DNA from: Basidioascus undulatus
Lineage: Eukaryota
Direction: 5' to 3'
DNA: 32,669 bases
Assembly: GCA_000826855.1 (NCBI GenBank)
Contig: JTLS01000090.1
Location: forward strand, 1-32,669
Shown here: in pieces, positions 1 through 11,563 of the stretch
Numbering within the stretch: the first letter of the stretch is position 1
Layout of the letters: each line of letters opens with the position of its first letter
Made by a program: the position numbers and the translations under genes
Notes under the pieces: generated by a model
Seen by the model: the letters and a program-made list of their open reading frames with translations, nothing else
The model's database searches: none
What the model was told of the DNA's origin: nothing

Positions 1-1120
1 GGGAGACGGCGTAGGGGGATAGGAAGCCGGTTTGGAGGGGGTGGCCTGCGGGGGTGGGGGGCGGTATGAGGTGAATGTTGGGGAAGCACGGAAGGGGAGG
101 GGAAAACGCACTCTGCTCGGCCTTCCGCTTCTCCTCCGCCTCGGCCTTTGCCTGCTCGTTCTCCTCCTTCGCCTCCTTGGCCTCGCCCTCCTTCGCGACC
201 TCCACCTTCGGCAGCTCGCCCTCGCCCTCGTCCGGCCTCACCCCCGGAGGAAACAGCTCGTCGATGCGGATCCTCCGATGGGGGTAGAGGACCGCCGTGA
301 GGCTCTCCTCGGCGCCGGGCTGCTGCTGCTGGCCGCCCGAGTTGTTGGCGGGGAAGACGGACGTGATCTGCGCAAAGACGCCGACGGGCTCGACGGCGTC
401 GAGGCTCTCGATGACATCCGCGTCGGACTCGCTGTCCTTGAGGAGGAACGCGCCGAGGTACGGCTGCCCGCGCTTCATCATTTCCTTGATCGCGGCCACG
501 ACCGCCGGGTTCTTGATCACGACGGCTTTGTAGAACCCGGGGAAGAGCGGGCGGCGCGTGATTGGCAGCGCGAGGACACGCGGGTAGGTCGTCGGCGGGG
601 TGACGCGCGTGATCGAGTTCGAGGAGGAGGAGGAGCCGGAGTCGCCGTTGCCGTTGCCGGACTGTGGCGGATCAGAGGAGGAGGAGGAAGAGGCGCCACC
701 GGCGGACCCGGCAGGTGGGGGCGCCCCGCCCTCGCCCTCCTGCCCGTCCTTCTCCGCCAGCCTGCGCGCCTCGCTGCGCGCGCGCGAGCCGCCCACCTCC
801 GTCGCATCGGCAGCCTTGCGCTCCTCCTGCTCCTGCTCCTCCGCCTCCTGCTCGCCCTTCTCCCGCGCCGCCGCGCCGCCCCGCGTGCCGTTTCCGCGGG
901 GCTTGTCGTTGATCCAGCGCGGGTATGCGAGTGCGGGGGAGCGCGCGAAGGAGGTGCGGGCGGAGGAGGAGAGCAGGCGGGTCGGGGTAGGGTGGGAGGT
1001 GGTGGTGGTGGTGGTGGCGAGGGAAGGGTGCGGGGCGGAGGAAGGGCGCTGCCGGGTGAGGGCGCGGAGGGAGGACAGCGAGCGCGGGTGGACGGCCCGG
1101 CGGCGGGAGGTCGGAATCAT
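1..1120 (-). CDS. PIM1: Mitochondrial Lon protease, 5' part (continues beyond left edge)
   Basis: ATG at 1120 opens an Arg/Ser/Thr-rich presequence ([24 protein letters not shown]). The Lon N-domain signature follows: [51 protein letters not shown]...[11 protein letters not shown]...[13 protein letters not shown]. Intron 111-46 (GTGCGT..CAG), then [15 protein letters not shown]. Confidence 0.95.
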   Translation of the reverse strand, partial: MIPTSRRRAVHPRSLSSLRALTRQRPSSAPHPSLATTTTTTSHPTPTRLLSSSARTSFARSPALAYPRWINDKPRGNGTRGGAAAREKGEQEAEEQEQEERKAADATEVGGSRARSEARRLAEKDGQEGEGGAPPPAGSAGGASSSSSSDPPQSGNGNGDSGSSSSSNSITRVTPPTTYPRVLALPITRRPLFPGFYKAVVIKNPAVVAAIKEMMKRGQPYLGAFLLKDSESDADVIESLDAVEPVGVFAQITSVFPANNSGGQQQQPGAEESLTAVLYPHRRIRIDELFPPGVRPDEGEGELPKVEVAKEGEAKEAKEENEQAKAEAEEKRKAEQSAFSPPLPCFPNIHLIPPPTPAGHPLQTGFLSPYAVS

Positions 1121-2879
1121 CGCGGTCTGCGGTGTGCGTGTGCGAGGCGGTAGGCGGTGGTCGAAGGGTGAAGGGCGAATGTGGAGGGCCTGGCGAAAGA
1201 AGACGGTCGAATCTCAGCCTCACTTTCTGTGGTGGGCCACCCACGATTCCAAGCCGCTACATCAGCAACTTACAGTAACGGAGGAAAGAGGTAGAGTGGC
1301 GAGCGAGAAGATGGAGTGTGAGAGGTGTGAGAGGATTGATGGTGAGAGTGAGCGCGAGGGTCGAACGAGCAGCAAGCAAGCAGGAGGCCTTCGGTGTTTG
1401 CGTCAGCGTCTTCGAGCGTCGGGCGGAGATCGGCCGGGCTCAGGCTTACTAAGCTGCGAGCTTGAGCTGCTTCGTTTCCCAGTTTTTGCATGCCCCTGGA
1501 TACGACGAATAGCTGGACCTGGACTGAGAACTTGAACTTCGTAGTGCCGTAAAGGGCGTGGAACACGATGGAAATGGTCGTGTGTACGTGGCCACACGCC
1601 CTCAAGCGAGCGGCAACTGTCCGACAGTACTCCCAGCTTTTCAGTGCCCACTGCCACGCCGGCCATTCACCCTGCTGGTCCAGCATCCGGGAAGACAACC
1701 CAAACTGATGTATACTGTCCATTTAAATTGACAAGATCTTGATCAAAACTTGACTGCCTGACGGCTATTTTTCGTCTTTCACAGCAAGCGGTCTCTTTCG
1801 GCCTTTCTCCTCCCCCATCCTGATGTACAGCGGAGGGGGGCGGAGTGAACCTGGAAGGAGGGAGAAGAAGGAGGGAGAAGAAGGACGTGACTGGCTTTAC
1901 GGTCGATCCGGAAGGGGACTGAGTTTTGCTGAACTGACAAACTTGCTCCCTTTACGAACGTTTTTCTTTGATCTTTCTGGTACGACTGTGAAAGCACTAT
2001 ATGTCTTGGCCGTTTCTTTCGCCCAAATGACTTCGCTAATCGGCTGGGTTCTCCCGTATGTAAGTCAATTGCCTGAAGGCACGCAGATACGCAAACCTGC
2101 AGTCAACGACTGCTGCAGGGAGAGAGTGTAGGTCAGTGATCAAGCTGGAAAGAGAGGATGATGGTGGACGAGCGCAAAGTAACTACTACACGGTGGTGCA
2201 CAGAAGAAACGCTGGAAGTGCGGGCTCAAAGTTTACCGGTACCTGCCGCAACAGGCAAGATATTAAAGGGTCAGTGAGCGCGTATGTTAATATATTCTTC
2301 ATATTGAGCTCGTCGGCAGCCGATGAAACGCGAGCGAGAGGGCACGAGGAAAGCGGTGCACGACGGCTTCCCGGCGGGCGGACTGACAGTCTGGAGACTG
2401 CCGGAAATCGCGCATGCATCCAACAGGAAAATCACTCATCCAACTGTTTCCACTCCAGGCACCAAGGCGGATGCGGGGACTATTAAAAGTAAGGAAGGGG
2501 CGGCAGGGAGCGAATTGAAGTCGGCGCCGAAAGGTAGAGATGAAAATACGGCAGCGATGAGACGCAAAGACCCGGTCCAGGACTTTGCAGTAAATACAAG
2601 CCCAGCCGACGAAATAGTTCGAGAAGCTGACACTGCTTGGGCATTCGACGAGCCAGGCCTGTTCCCCAACAAGTCGATACGCACCCACCTCACTGCAATC
2701 CTGAGCCGGCCACCAGCCAGCCCACGCGCGTTCAGAAAGTCATTTTCAAGCCAGAAAAAAGTCATCACGCCCCCCTTATTACATTTCTGCCTCTCTCCCT
2801 TACATTCCACTCTTGCCCCACCCCCAATCTCCTCCCGCACGCACGCCAGCGCCCGTTCCCAGAGACGACGACGCGCAGC

Positions 2880-4267
2880 TCAGAGCGCAACAAGCGCAAT
2901 AGTGCTGATCGCCGTGGCGCCGAGGACGGCATAGCCGGACGAGTAGGCGCCCTTGAGGGTGAGGACTGCCCGGCCCCAAACCATCGACATCGTAAGTCTC
3001 GCGCTCTCTTCACTTCCGCGCGAGGGATGGGGGGTCTGGAGGAGCGGTTCGGGGAGGAGAGGAAGGAGATTTCGGGGAGGGAAGAGGAGTTTCGGAGGGA
3101 GTTTTCGGATCGGGGGAAGAAGTGGTTCGGCAGGGGGAAGGAGGGAGGGAAGATGCGGTGAAAAGTTGGAGAAGGTGACGAGTGGGCGGGTGGAGGAGAC
3201 GGAGGCATGTGGCAGAGGTCGGAGGAGGCCGAGAAGGCGGAGGGAAAGGAGGGAATAGAAAGAAGGAACCACGACGCACACTTCCCAGCGTCCCACGCAA
3301 GGTGGCGCAGGCCGTTCCACGAGTGGTACGAGAAGGCGGCGGCGACCTGTGCTCCGCGAACACACATCCACATTATCATCAGCGCTATCCCCTACCAAAC
3401 ACCAAGGGCCAGGGTGAAGACGCACCGGCGTCTTAACAGCAACCTTAAGCCACTCGGGCGCGGTTGCAACTGCATCGACGAGCGTGGCCGCGTCGAACCC
3501 GGCGCCGACGAGCGGGGCGGCGACATAGGCGATCGCGCCGGCGTAGATGCCCGCGGAGAGGCCCACGCCCGTGACGCGGTTCGCGATCGAGCCGACCGAC
3601 GTCAGCTGGGGCTGGTAGATGGTCAAGTGCGGGGAGGACGGGCGGACGGCGCGCTGGCTGTTCAGGAGCTCCAGGTTCTGCTCGGGCGTGAGCTTGTCGG
3701 TTTGGAAGGCGCTGTGGGGGAGCGAGCGATAGCGAGCGGGGAAGAGGCAGGGTCCGAGTCGAGTCAGTCGGTGAGGGGAGGGAAGAGGATGGCAGGGAGG
3801 CGCAGGAGCGGAGTGGAGGGGAGATGGGGCGAGGGGGAGTGAGAGGGGTAGTTGGTGAGACGAGGGAGGAAGGAGTAGGAGGCGTCAGTGCCGGCGTAAA
3901 GGGAGAAGAGAGCTCAGACGAACCGGACGGGGGTGTACGACGCGCGGGTGAAGGCGTCTGGGGTTGAGGACAGAAGCAGTTAGCATGCGGTTCGCATGTG
4001 GATGAGCGGGTGCGGTGCGAAGCGGTCGAGGATGGGGTGTGCCTGGCGGGGCGTCTTCCTCCTCCAGCGCCTCCAGCGTGCACGACTCCCACCCACCCGC
4101 TCGCACACCGACCTGCCCATCGAACCCAGCGTCTCCCTTGCAATTGCCAGATCCAGCCTCAACAGCAGCCGCCATCGTCTCCTCCCATCTCCCCCGGCAC
4201 AGCGCGACTCACTCTTCCCCATAACCTCCCCCACAACGCGCTTGTTCATCATCCGCGTAGCCAGCAT
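2880..4267 (-). CDS. SDH3: Succinate dehydrogenase cytochrome b560 subunit (SdhC), 5 exons
   Basis: Exons 4267-4213, 3957-3924, 3711-3426, 3346-3280 and 2965-2880 splice in frame: MLATRMMNKRVVGEVMGKNAFTRASYTPVRAFQTDKLTPEQNLELLNSQRAVRPSSPHLTIYQPQLTSVGSIANRVTG...[34 protein letters not shown]...*. Contains the RPxSPHLxIYxPQ and HxxNGxRHLxWD SdhC motifs. Confidence 0.95.
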
Positions 4268-6826
4268 CTCTACTCTCTTCTCTTCTTTTCTACGTGAGCG
4301 AGGGTGTCAAGAAGCGAGTGCGAGTGCGAGCGTGCGAGGTGGGAGTGGGGGTGTGCGGGGGGAGAGGGAAGGCGCGGCCAACGGGAGGGAGCCGGTTGGA
4401 CAGGGCGCGAGGGCGGGGATGGTCGGGCGAGCGCGCAGAGAGGGGCCGGAGGATCGATCGACACTCGCTGCGACAACGCAGTTCGTTTCGCGTGGGCTTT
4501 CGCTTGATGTGGGTTGTTGTTTCAATTGCAGGACGTGCCAAGATGAGAAATCCATTGAAATTTATGTCGTTGTATCTTGAGCGCTCGGCGCTGCGAAAGT
4601 CGACGACTTGCATCGGCCAGTTCTTCCCATCCACGGACCACCCACGGACTCACTGCTCGGCCCACCCGGCACCCATCCCCATCCCTCCCCCTGCGCTCGC
4701 TCGCGGGCGACCGTGGGGACCCCGCGCCCGCATCGCGCTCAGAACCGAGGTCGAAAGGAGTGCGGGTCCTCGCATGCGTTCGATATGAGTGAGCGGATGG
4801 AGAAAATGAAGATGGAATGGAATGGGAAACCGACCCAAAGGGAGGTTAGGAAGGTGAGCTGATGGTGCAGAGTCAGGCGAGCGAAAGATCAGCCGAGCAA
4901 GAAAGAAGACGGCGCTCGGAAATGACGGCATCGGGCCGAATGGCTATTGCCCGGGCTTGAAACACTGCACACTGAAGCGACATGGAAAAAAAGGAAGGAA
5001 GGTCGCACAAACAAGCAGACTGGACATTTCTGAGCGCGAAGATGCACTCCAGCTACCTACTTACCAGCAAACGCGCAGCGAGTTGCGGAAGATACTTGCA
5101 GACAGCTCACAGCCGATCCAGGCAGCTGTGAGTTCCTGCAACCTAAAATCTGACCCGTTAATGCCAGCATGCAAGCCTAACGCAGCAATCTGAAAAGTTT
5201 CCAATCATTCCGTGGTTCAATACCTGCCCTTGCGGCAACTCGCCTGCTCTACCCCTCCTCCTCCCGCGCCCACTGGTAGGTGCCCTCGCGCTTTCCCCTT
5301 GACATCCCCGTTCTCAGCATCATCACATTGCTCCTCCTCTTTGGGTGATTATCCCTCGCCACCGGTGGATCTTTCTCCTTGTCTGTCCCCTTCTCCTCCG
5401 CGCTCAGTTCCTCCATCGGTCGCCGACATCCCGCGCCGTTCCCCCCTTAGCCAAGCCAGTCCCAGAGCGGGGTAGGGGAGTGAGATGCGGGTGGGGCTGC
5501 TGCTTGGACCGGTTGCAAGGGGCGGACGCCAGAAGGCGGCAGAGGAGGCCAGAGCCTCGGGGTCGCACAACCCTGAGCCGACTCCAATAGCCCGCCTTGC
5601 CGGTCGACTCGAATCGCAATGCAATTCATCTATTCTTCAATTTCAACCGCATACAGACACCGGTAAAACTGGAGTGTCGGTATGATGAAAGGCAGGGGAG
5701 CTGCAGCCCTTCATTTGGTCAACATCGCAGGTCATTCCTCTTGGCCGTTGCTGCACAGGGCAGAGGTGGCTTGAGACGAATTTAAGGGAAAAAGTGATCA
5801 CGCCTCTCAAACTGGCCCGAGTGTTGGAGGGAGACGCCCATCTTGACTGAAGCTGATAAGATGTGTTGCGGTATTCCTCGTGGCAGTGCAAGAGCCACCC
5901 CAGCCGCAACAGCACAGCATGAGCTTCTAAGCTTTCTGGAAGGGCTTCACAATTTGTTGAGAAGGTAGATGTGAGCCTGCCCCAAAATTCCGAAGTGTCT
6001 GGTGGCATTGCATGCCTTGCTCTGCGCTCGACTACTCTAGCTCATCATATGGTACAGAGTAAGCTTCTGAATGAATTGATTTGGCTGATATGTTATTGCG
6101 GTGTCTACAAACTACGATCTTCAAGGATACCTCACTACTATTAATGCTGGTGCTAGAACCTTCCTTCTGGCAGCTAATGCTGATCGGTGGAAAGCAAGTG
6201 CTGTCCCGGACTTCTGTAGAGCATATGTGAGTTCTGCGCATTCATTATTGAATTTTCCTGCCCACATAATCCCAAGAATTATAAATACGTCAGACCAAAA
6301 ACGGTGGTGTGCACATGCACGCACTCCAGCGCTGCGGGCAGTGTACTCCAGTGCCGCGGTCACTGTCGCGGATGACATTGCTTCGTGACAACCAGTCTGT
6401 TTCTGTGAAATCAGTTTGCGTCAATAGCGTTCGTTTGGGATGCAAATGCCCTTTGTTTGCCAACGACCTTCTGCGTTGAAAAGCCAGCAGGAGCGGCTGC
6501 CGTTCATAGCCGACGGTTCGGCAACTCGGCCGAGCCGCCTTCGACTTCCGAGTTGTCTTCCCGAGTCAAGCAGAGTGCGTCTTCTGGCTTGCTCTTGCCC
6601 ATCTTACAGCTCCTCATTTTACCACCTAGACCGGCTGGGATAACAGTCCGAGGGCTTATAGAGACCGGCCCTTACCCACTCGCCGCGGGACCTGTATTTG
6701 CGGGAGGATTTGTGCGTTTCTCCCCTGATCTGGTCTGTGAGAGTACAGCAGCTCACAGACGCGTTCTGCTTATCAGTCGCTGCTTCAACACTCTTTTTGT
6801 GGACTCCCACCGATACACCTCCAGAG

Positions 6827-8700
6827 ATGCTCCGTGTTCTTCCCCGGCGCTCCCAGCGCCTCTGCGTCCTCCAGACCATCCGGCACTCGTCCTCGTCCTC
6901 AACCTCTTTCCCGCCGCTGTTCAAGCTCCAAAACGCATCCATCTACCCTCTCGGCTCCGGCCCACCCTCCCCGCCCATCTTCTCGCCATTCTCCTGGACC
7001 CTTCACGACACGCCCACCGAAGCTTGGGCTTTGGTTGGCCGGCCCACTTCGACCCTCACCTCCCTCTTCCAGCAACACAACTACCGCGTCCTCCCGCCCG
7101 GGTCGATCTCGCACCCCTTCCTGTCCGCCCTCCACCCGACCGACCGCTACGGCCGCGCGCGTCCCACGGACTTCCCGAGCGACGTCATCCGCCGCGTGGC
7201 GTTCAACACGCGCCTCGGCGGCGCGGGGGGCGGGTTCGTGGACTATTCGGCGCGGTACGGGGCGATGCGGGAAGGGGATCGCAGGACGCTCAGGGAGGAG
7301 CTGGTTGAGGCGAATGAGGGCGTGGGGGAGGGGGAGGTGGTGGGATTGGCGAAGGAGTTGGGGCTTGAGAGACAGCTGGATGTCCCGCTTGTGGGGCTCA
7401 GTAATGGACAGACGAGGAGAGCGAGGATCGGGAAGGCCTTGGCGTCGGGCGCGGAGGTGCTGGTCCTTGAGGAGCCGTTCAGTGAGTCTCCATCTTTTTT
7501 GTCCCACTTCCAGAGCATGGTCTTACTTCCTACGCGCGGCACAGCCGGCCTCGACCCCCCCGCCCGCGCGCACCTCTCTGCGCTGCTCGGGCGACTGCAC
7601 GCTTCGCGCGCCCCGCGGATCCTCCTCGTCCTGCGGCCAACGGACGCCCTGCCCGAATGGATCACTCACGTCCTCGCGATCGGGGACGACGGCGTGGTGC
7701 GCCTGGGGCGCAAGGGCGAGGTGGAGCTCCCGCGCCCGAAGAGCGTCGCGGCCGAGGATGATGTGCTCGCGGGCGAGGTGAAGAAGGGGGAGGGGAAGGT
7801 GGCGGGCAAGGAGCTGGTTAGGATGGATGGGGTCAATATCAGCTATAAGGGGAGGGAGGTGAGTTGGTAGCTGCGGAAGGTGAGGACGGGACGGATGACT
7901 GATGGGAGGCGGTTGGAATGCAGGTTCTGAAGGATATCCATTGGACGGTCCGCGCTGGAGAGCGGTGGCATCTGCAGGGCTATAATGGTCCGTTCCCTCT
8001 CGTCTTCATATTTCCTCGTCCCATGCGCCCGCTCCTCACACCCTCCTCCCTACCCTCTCCCCAGGCTCCGGCAAGACTGTGCGTCCCTCTTCCCCCCCCT
8101 CCCTCCTCTACCATCTCCCCTAACCCTCCTCTCCCGCAGACCCTACTCTCCCTCCTCCTCGGCGACCACCCCCTCTCCTACACGCAGCCGCTGCACCTGT
8201 TCTCCCTCCCGCGCTCCCGTCACGCCACGCCACTCCTCCAACTCCGGATCGGGCACACCTCCCCCGAGCTCTTCGCGTCCTTCCCGCGCACGTCGACCCT
8301 CTCCGCATTCGACGCAGTCGCGACCGGGCTGCACAACATCTTCTGCTACCGTGCCTTGCCCTCTTCCTCGCCCGCCCCCGCCTACATCCGGCACCTCTTC
8401 GCGCGCATCGCGCCCGATATCGATCCTTCCTCCTCCTTCGCGGGTTTGGCGCCGGGGCACCAGAGCGCGGTGCTGCTGATGCGCGCGCTGGTGCGGAGGC
8501 CGGAGATTCTGGTGCTTGATGAGCCGTTTGCGGGGATGGAGAGGGAGGGGGTGAGGAGGGCGAGGAGGTTCTTGAGGGAGGATGTGGGGGAGGAGCAGGC
8601 AGTCGTGTTTGTGAGCCATTGGGAGGAGGAGGTGCCGTGGCGGAGGGACGAGGGGAGGGTGCTTAGGCTGGAGGGAGGGAGGGTGGAGAGGATCGAGTAG
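6827..8700 (+). CDS. Soluble tandem ABC ATPase, ModF/YDR061W-like, probably mitochondrial, 5 exons
   Basis: Introns 7482-7544, 7859-7923, 7988-8064, 8079-8139. Motifs: YSARYG, LSNGQTRRARI, VLVLEEPFTGLD, GERWHLQGYNGSGKTTLLSLLLGDHP, IGHTSPEL, ILVLDEPFAGM, VVFVSHWEEEVPW. N-terminus MLRVLPRRSQRL is presequence-like. No transmembrane domain. Confidence 0.88.
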
Positions 8701-9407
8701 AGGGATGACAGCATGCATGGCTGCCATGATGCGCACGCACGATCAGGACTGCGTGGGAGCGCTCAAGATCTGAGGCTGCTGGACGACTGTCCGCAACATT
8801 AGAACACGCCGTCGCTCACAAAGACCTGCCTTATCCATTTCCTCGCTGCCGTGCGCTGTTGATGCAGTTGGTTAACAATCCCAGTGCGGCAGACACAATG
8901 ACCATGCCGGGTGCGTATACAGGGCTCGCGTTTGTTTGAAGCCCGGATGGGCCTGACAACTACTGACAACCTACCTTAAGAGTCCATGAAACTAGCTCAA
9001 TTGGACTTATGTTTCTCGACACATAACATACGATGCAATTGGTGCCAGGCCGGCGTAGGCGTCGAAGCCTGAGTGGTGCGATGGACCACCTCTGAACGAC
9101 GATATAGTCGATGCATAGGCTGTGAAGCCCCTGGAGGGCTCCAAAGCTCCCCTCCTTGCTCCTCTAGCTTTTGGCGCTACTTAACTGGTCTGGAGCTCCA
9201 TCTGGTTTCCCTTTCTCGGGGTTCGGCCACGGGAACACGCAGGCGCAAAGCTAACAATCCCTTCCCTTCGCAGTCCTCCGGCACCTCTTGGGCAGACCGT
9301 AAACAGGTCAACAGCAGCGATTGCCCATTCTCTACTGTTCTAGTAGAATGTTCCAGACAGAAAAGGATCCCATGGAGAGATGCGAAGGAAGATGGACGCA
9401 AGATCAA

Positions 9408-11563
9408 CTAAACGGAGCCACCATCGTTGTAACCGAGCACATTCGTCACGAAAGACGTCGCGCGCCGCTGCGATCCTCTCCCGCTACCGTTACCCCCGAG
9501 GAGGCTGTCGAGCAGCCATGAAGGAATCCAGGTGCCCCGGCCACCGCCGGAGCCGTTGCCGGAGCCGCTGCCGGACTCGCTGTCGTTGCCCGAGCCGGTG
9601 CCTGAGGATCCGTCGACGCCCGTGATGGCATCGGTGGTGCCGAGCTCAATCAGTCGAGCGGTCGCGTCGGCTGGAGACATGTTCCTAGGGATTGAGATGC
9701 ACGCCACAGTTAGCTTGCAGAGTTCATGAGGAGGGCGTAGTTGCTCACCCTTCGGCGGAGAGGATCAAGGCGAGGAGGCCGCTGATGTGAGGCGTGGCCC
9801 TTTAAGCAAGTCAACATGTCAGCAGCAATTTCCTTTACTCGGATCACAGAGACTACCCATACATGGACGTTCCGGACATGGTCTCGGTGGCGGTGTCGGA
9901 AGCGATGCCAACAGAGACGATGTTCTCCCCAGGCGCGTACTTGGAAGTACAGGGTTAGCGCGCCTATGCCCAGAACAAGGCCTATGAGACTCACGATGTC
10001 GCAAGAGCCGTAGTTCGAGAAGCTGGAACGCGCGTCGTTAATGTTGCTAGCGGCGACGGTGGTAGCCCCAGAGACGCGAGCCCTGACCTCCGAGGTTGTT
10101 CCATTCATTACCGTCCTTCGGCAAATGCAATATGCGGCAGCACTTACGGAGAGGAGTTGCAAGCGTCGGTGTTCTCGTTACCCGCTGCACAAAGCCCAAG
10201 TCAATATCCCACCTGCTCTCCGAGTGAAAAAAACAATGTCCTACCGGCGACTACGAAGTGAACCCCGGCATTGATTGCCTGTCGAAAGGGGATCAGCAGG
10301 CGTTCGTCTTTTGGGAAAGAGAATGACCGACCTGCTGAACAGCCGAGTCCAAGGCAGTGTTCGTCGTTCCCCCGAGAGACAGGCTGGCAATGGACGGACG
10401 ACCCGAAGCTTTGGCTGCGCTGATGACGTAGTCGATGCCGGCGATGAGGTCTGTAGACCGCAATATCATTTAAGTTCGAGAAAAGATCTGCAAACTTGAA
10501 AGAAGACCGCACCGCTGTTCGTGCCTTCGCCCTCGGAGTCCGGCACCTGTGTTCGAATGTCAGAGAGGTACAGATGAGGTATCGGCTGGGCGTTCCCACC
10601 TTCACAGCAATGAGGTTGACGTTCTAAATTGTTTGGTTCCAGCGGTTAGCACATTGTACACTACACCTTAGAACGCCGTTTTCGAAACGGAAGTACTTTG
10701 CTAACGCCGCATGTCTTTCCTCCGATCGTGCCAGCTACGTGAGATCCGTGCCCTTCGTCGTCCACGGCCGACTGTTTACTGGGTTTCAGTCAAGCTTCAA
10801 AGCACGGCAAGACCACGATAAGAGATAGCTCACGGTGAAGCTGTCATCGTGGTAGCCATAAGAAGCACGACCGTCGAACTCCGGGTGCCCGATCTTGATA
10901 CCGGTGTCGACTGTCCACGATGGATTAAGTAACATCTTGACAGATTCAGTGGCGAATTTAACTCTTTCTCACCGACGTAAACGTCTACACCCTCTCCGGA
11001 CGAGCCGTACGTGTAGTTGAAATTGAGCGCGGTGTCTTGCACGTATGAAGACAGCGCATCTCGCTGGCTGATGCGCTGGAGGCCCCAGGTAGCTAATCAG
11101 AGGCAAAGATGGTCAGTTTAGTGAAAGAAATACTGCAACACTGCTGTGAAAGGGGGGCCCTTACCGTTAAACTGCGAGCTCGCACTCTTGTAGACCTTGC
11201 CATCCTCTTCAATCGAGAGAATGTCGTTGCTCATGTCGTCCAGCGACGAAAGCATCTTCGGATGGCAATGAACCTCCAGTCACAAGGTGAATGCTTCCAG
11301 ACGGAGGAGCTTACCGACGCGCTGAACTTGCCCGAATAACCTCGGAAGTGGGAATTGTTGAACCGGTGCCGCAAGCCCGAGTCGATGTCCCCATCGAACA
11401 GTGTCGAAAGACGCGAGAAGTGATTGGTGTCGTCCGCCTCATCTTTGAACGTGATGAGGTAGTTCCCAGCAGAAAGAGCCTTGAACGCGTTCGTGGTGAC
11501 GAGTGGCGCGGCGGCCACCGACAGCGAGAGGGTGAGCACAGGAAGAACGGAAACAAAGTTCAT
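9408..11563 (-). CDS. Secreted subtilisin/proteinase K-like serine protease (S8 with I9 propeptide), about 14 exons
   Basis: Signal peptide MNFVSVLPVLTLSLSVAAAP. I9 motifs NYLITFK and FRGYSGKF, then ATWGLQRISQR. Catalytic motifs GEGVDVYVVDTG (Asp), GHGSHVAGTIGG (His), AAGNE (oxyanion Asn), SGTSMATPHISG (Ser), C-terminal TNVLGYN. All junctions could be joined in frame. Confidence 0.92.

Noticed and set aside
32..1535. Long + strand ORFs (373 aa, 311 aa) and similar long ORFs elsewhere, e.g. 30807-31796 (-)
   Set aside because: Antisense or off-frame shadows of real GC-rich genes, with low-complexity Arg/Gly/Pro translations and no motifs.
2966..3279. Unusually long SDH3 introns (314, 255 and 212 nt) as snoRNA hosts
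   Set aside because: Mostly low-complexity tracts, and no convincing C/D or H/ACA box arrangement was seen.
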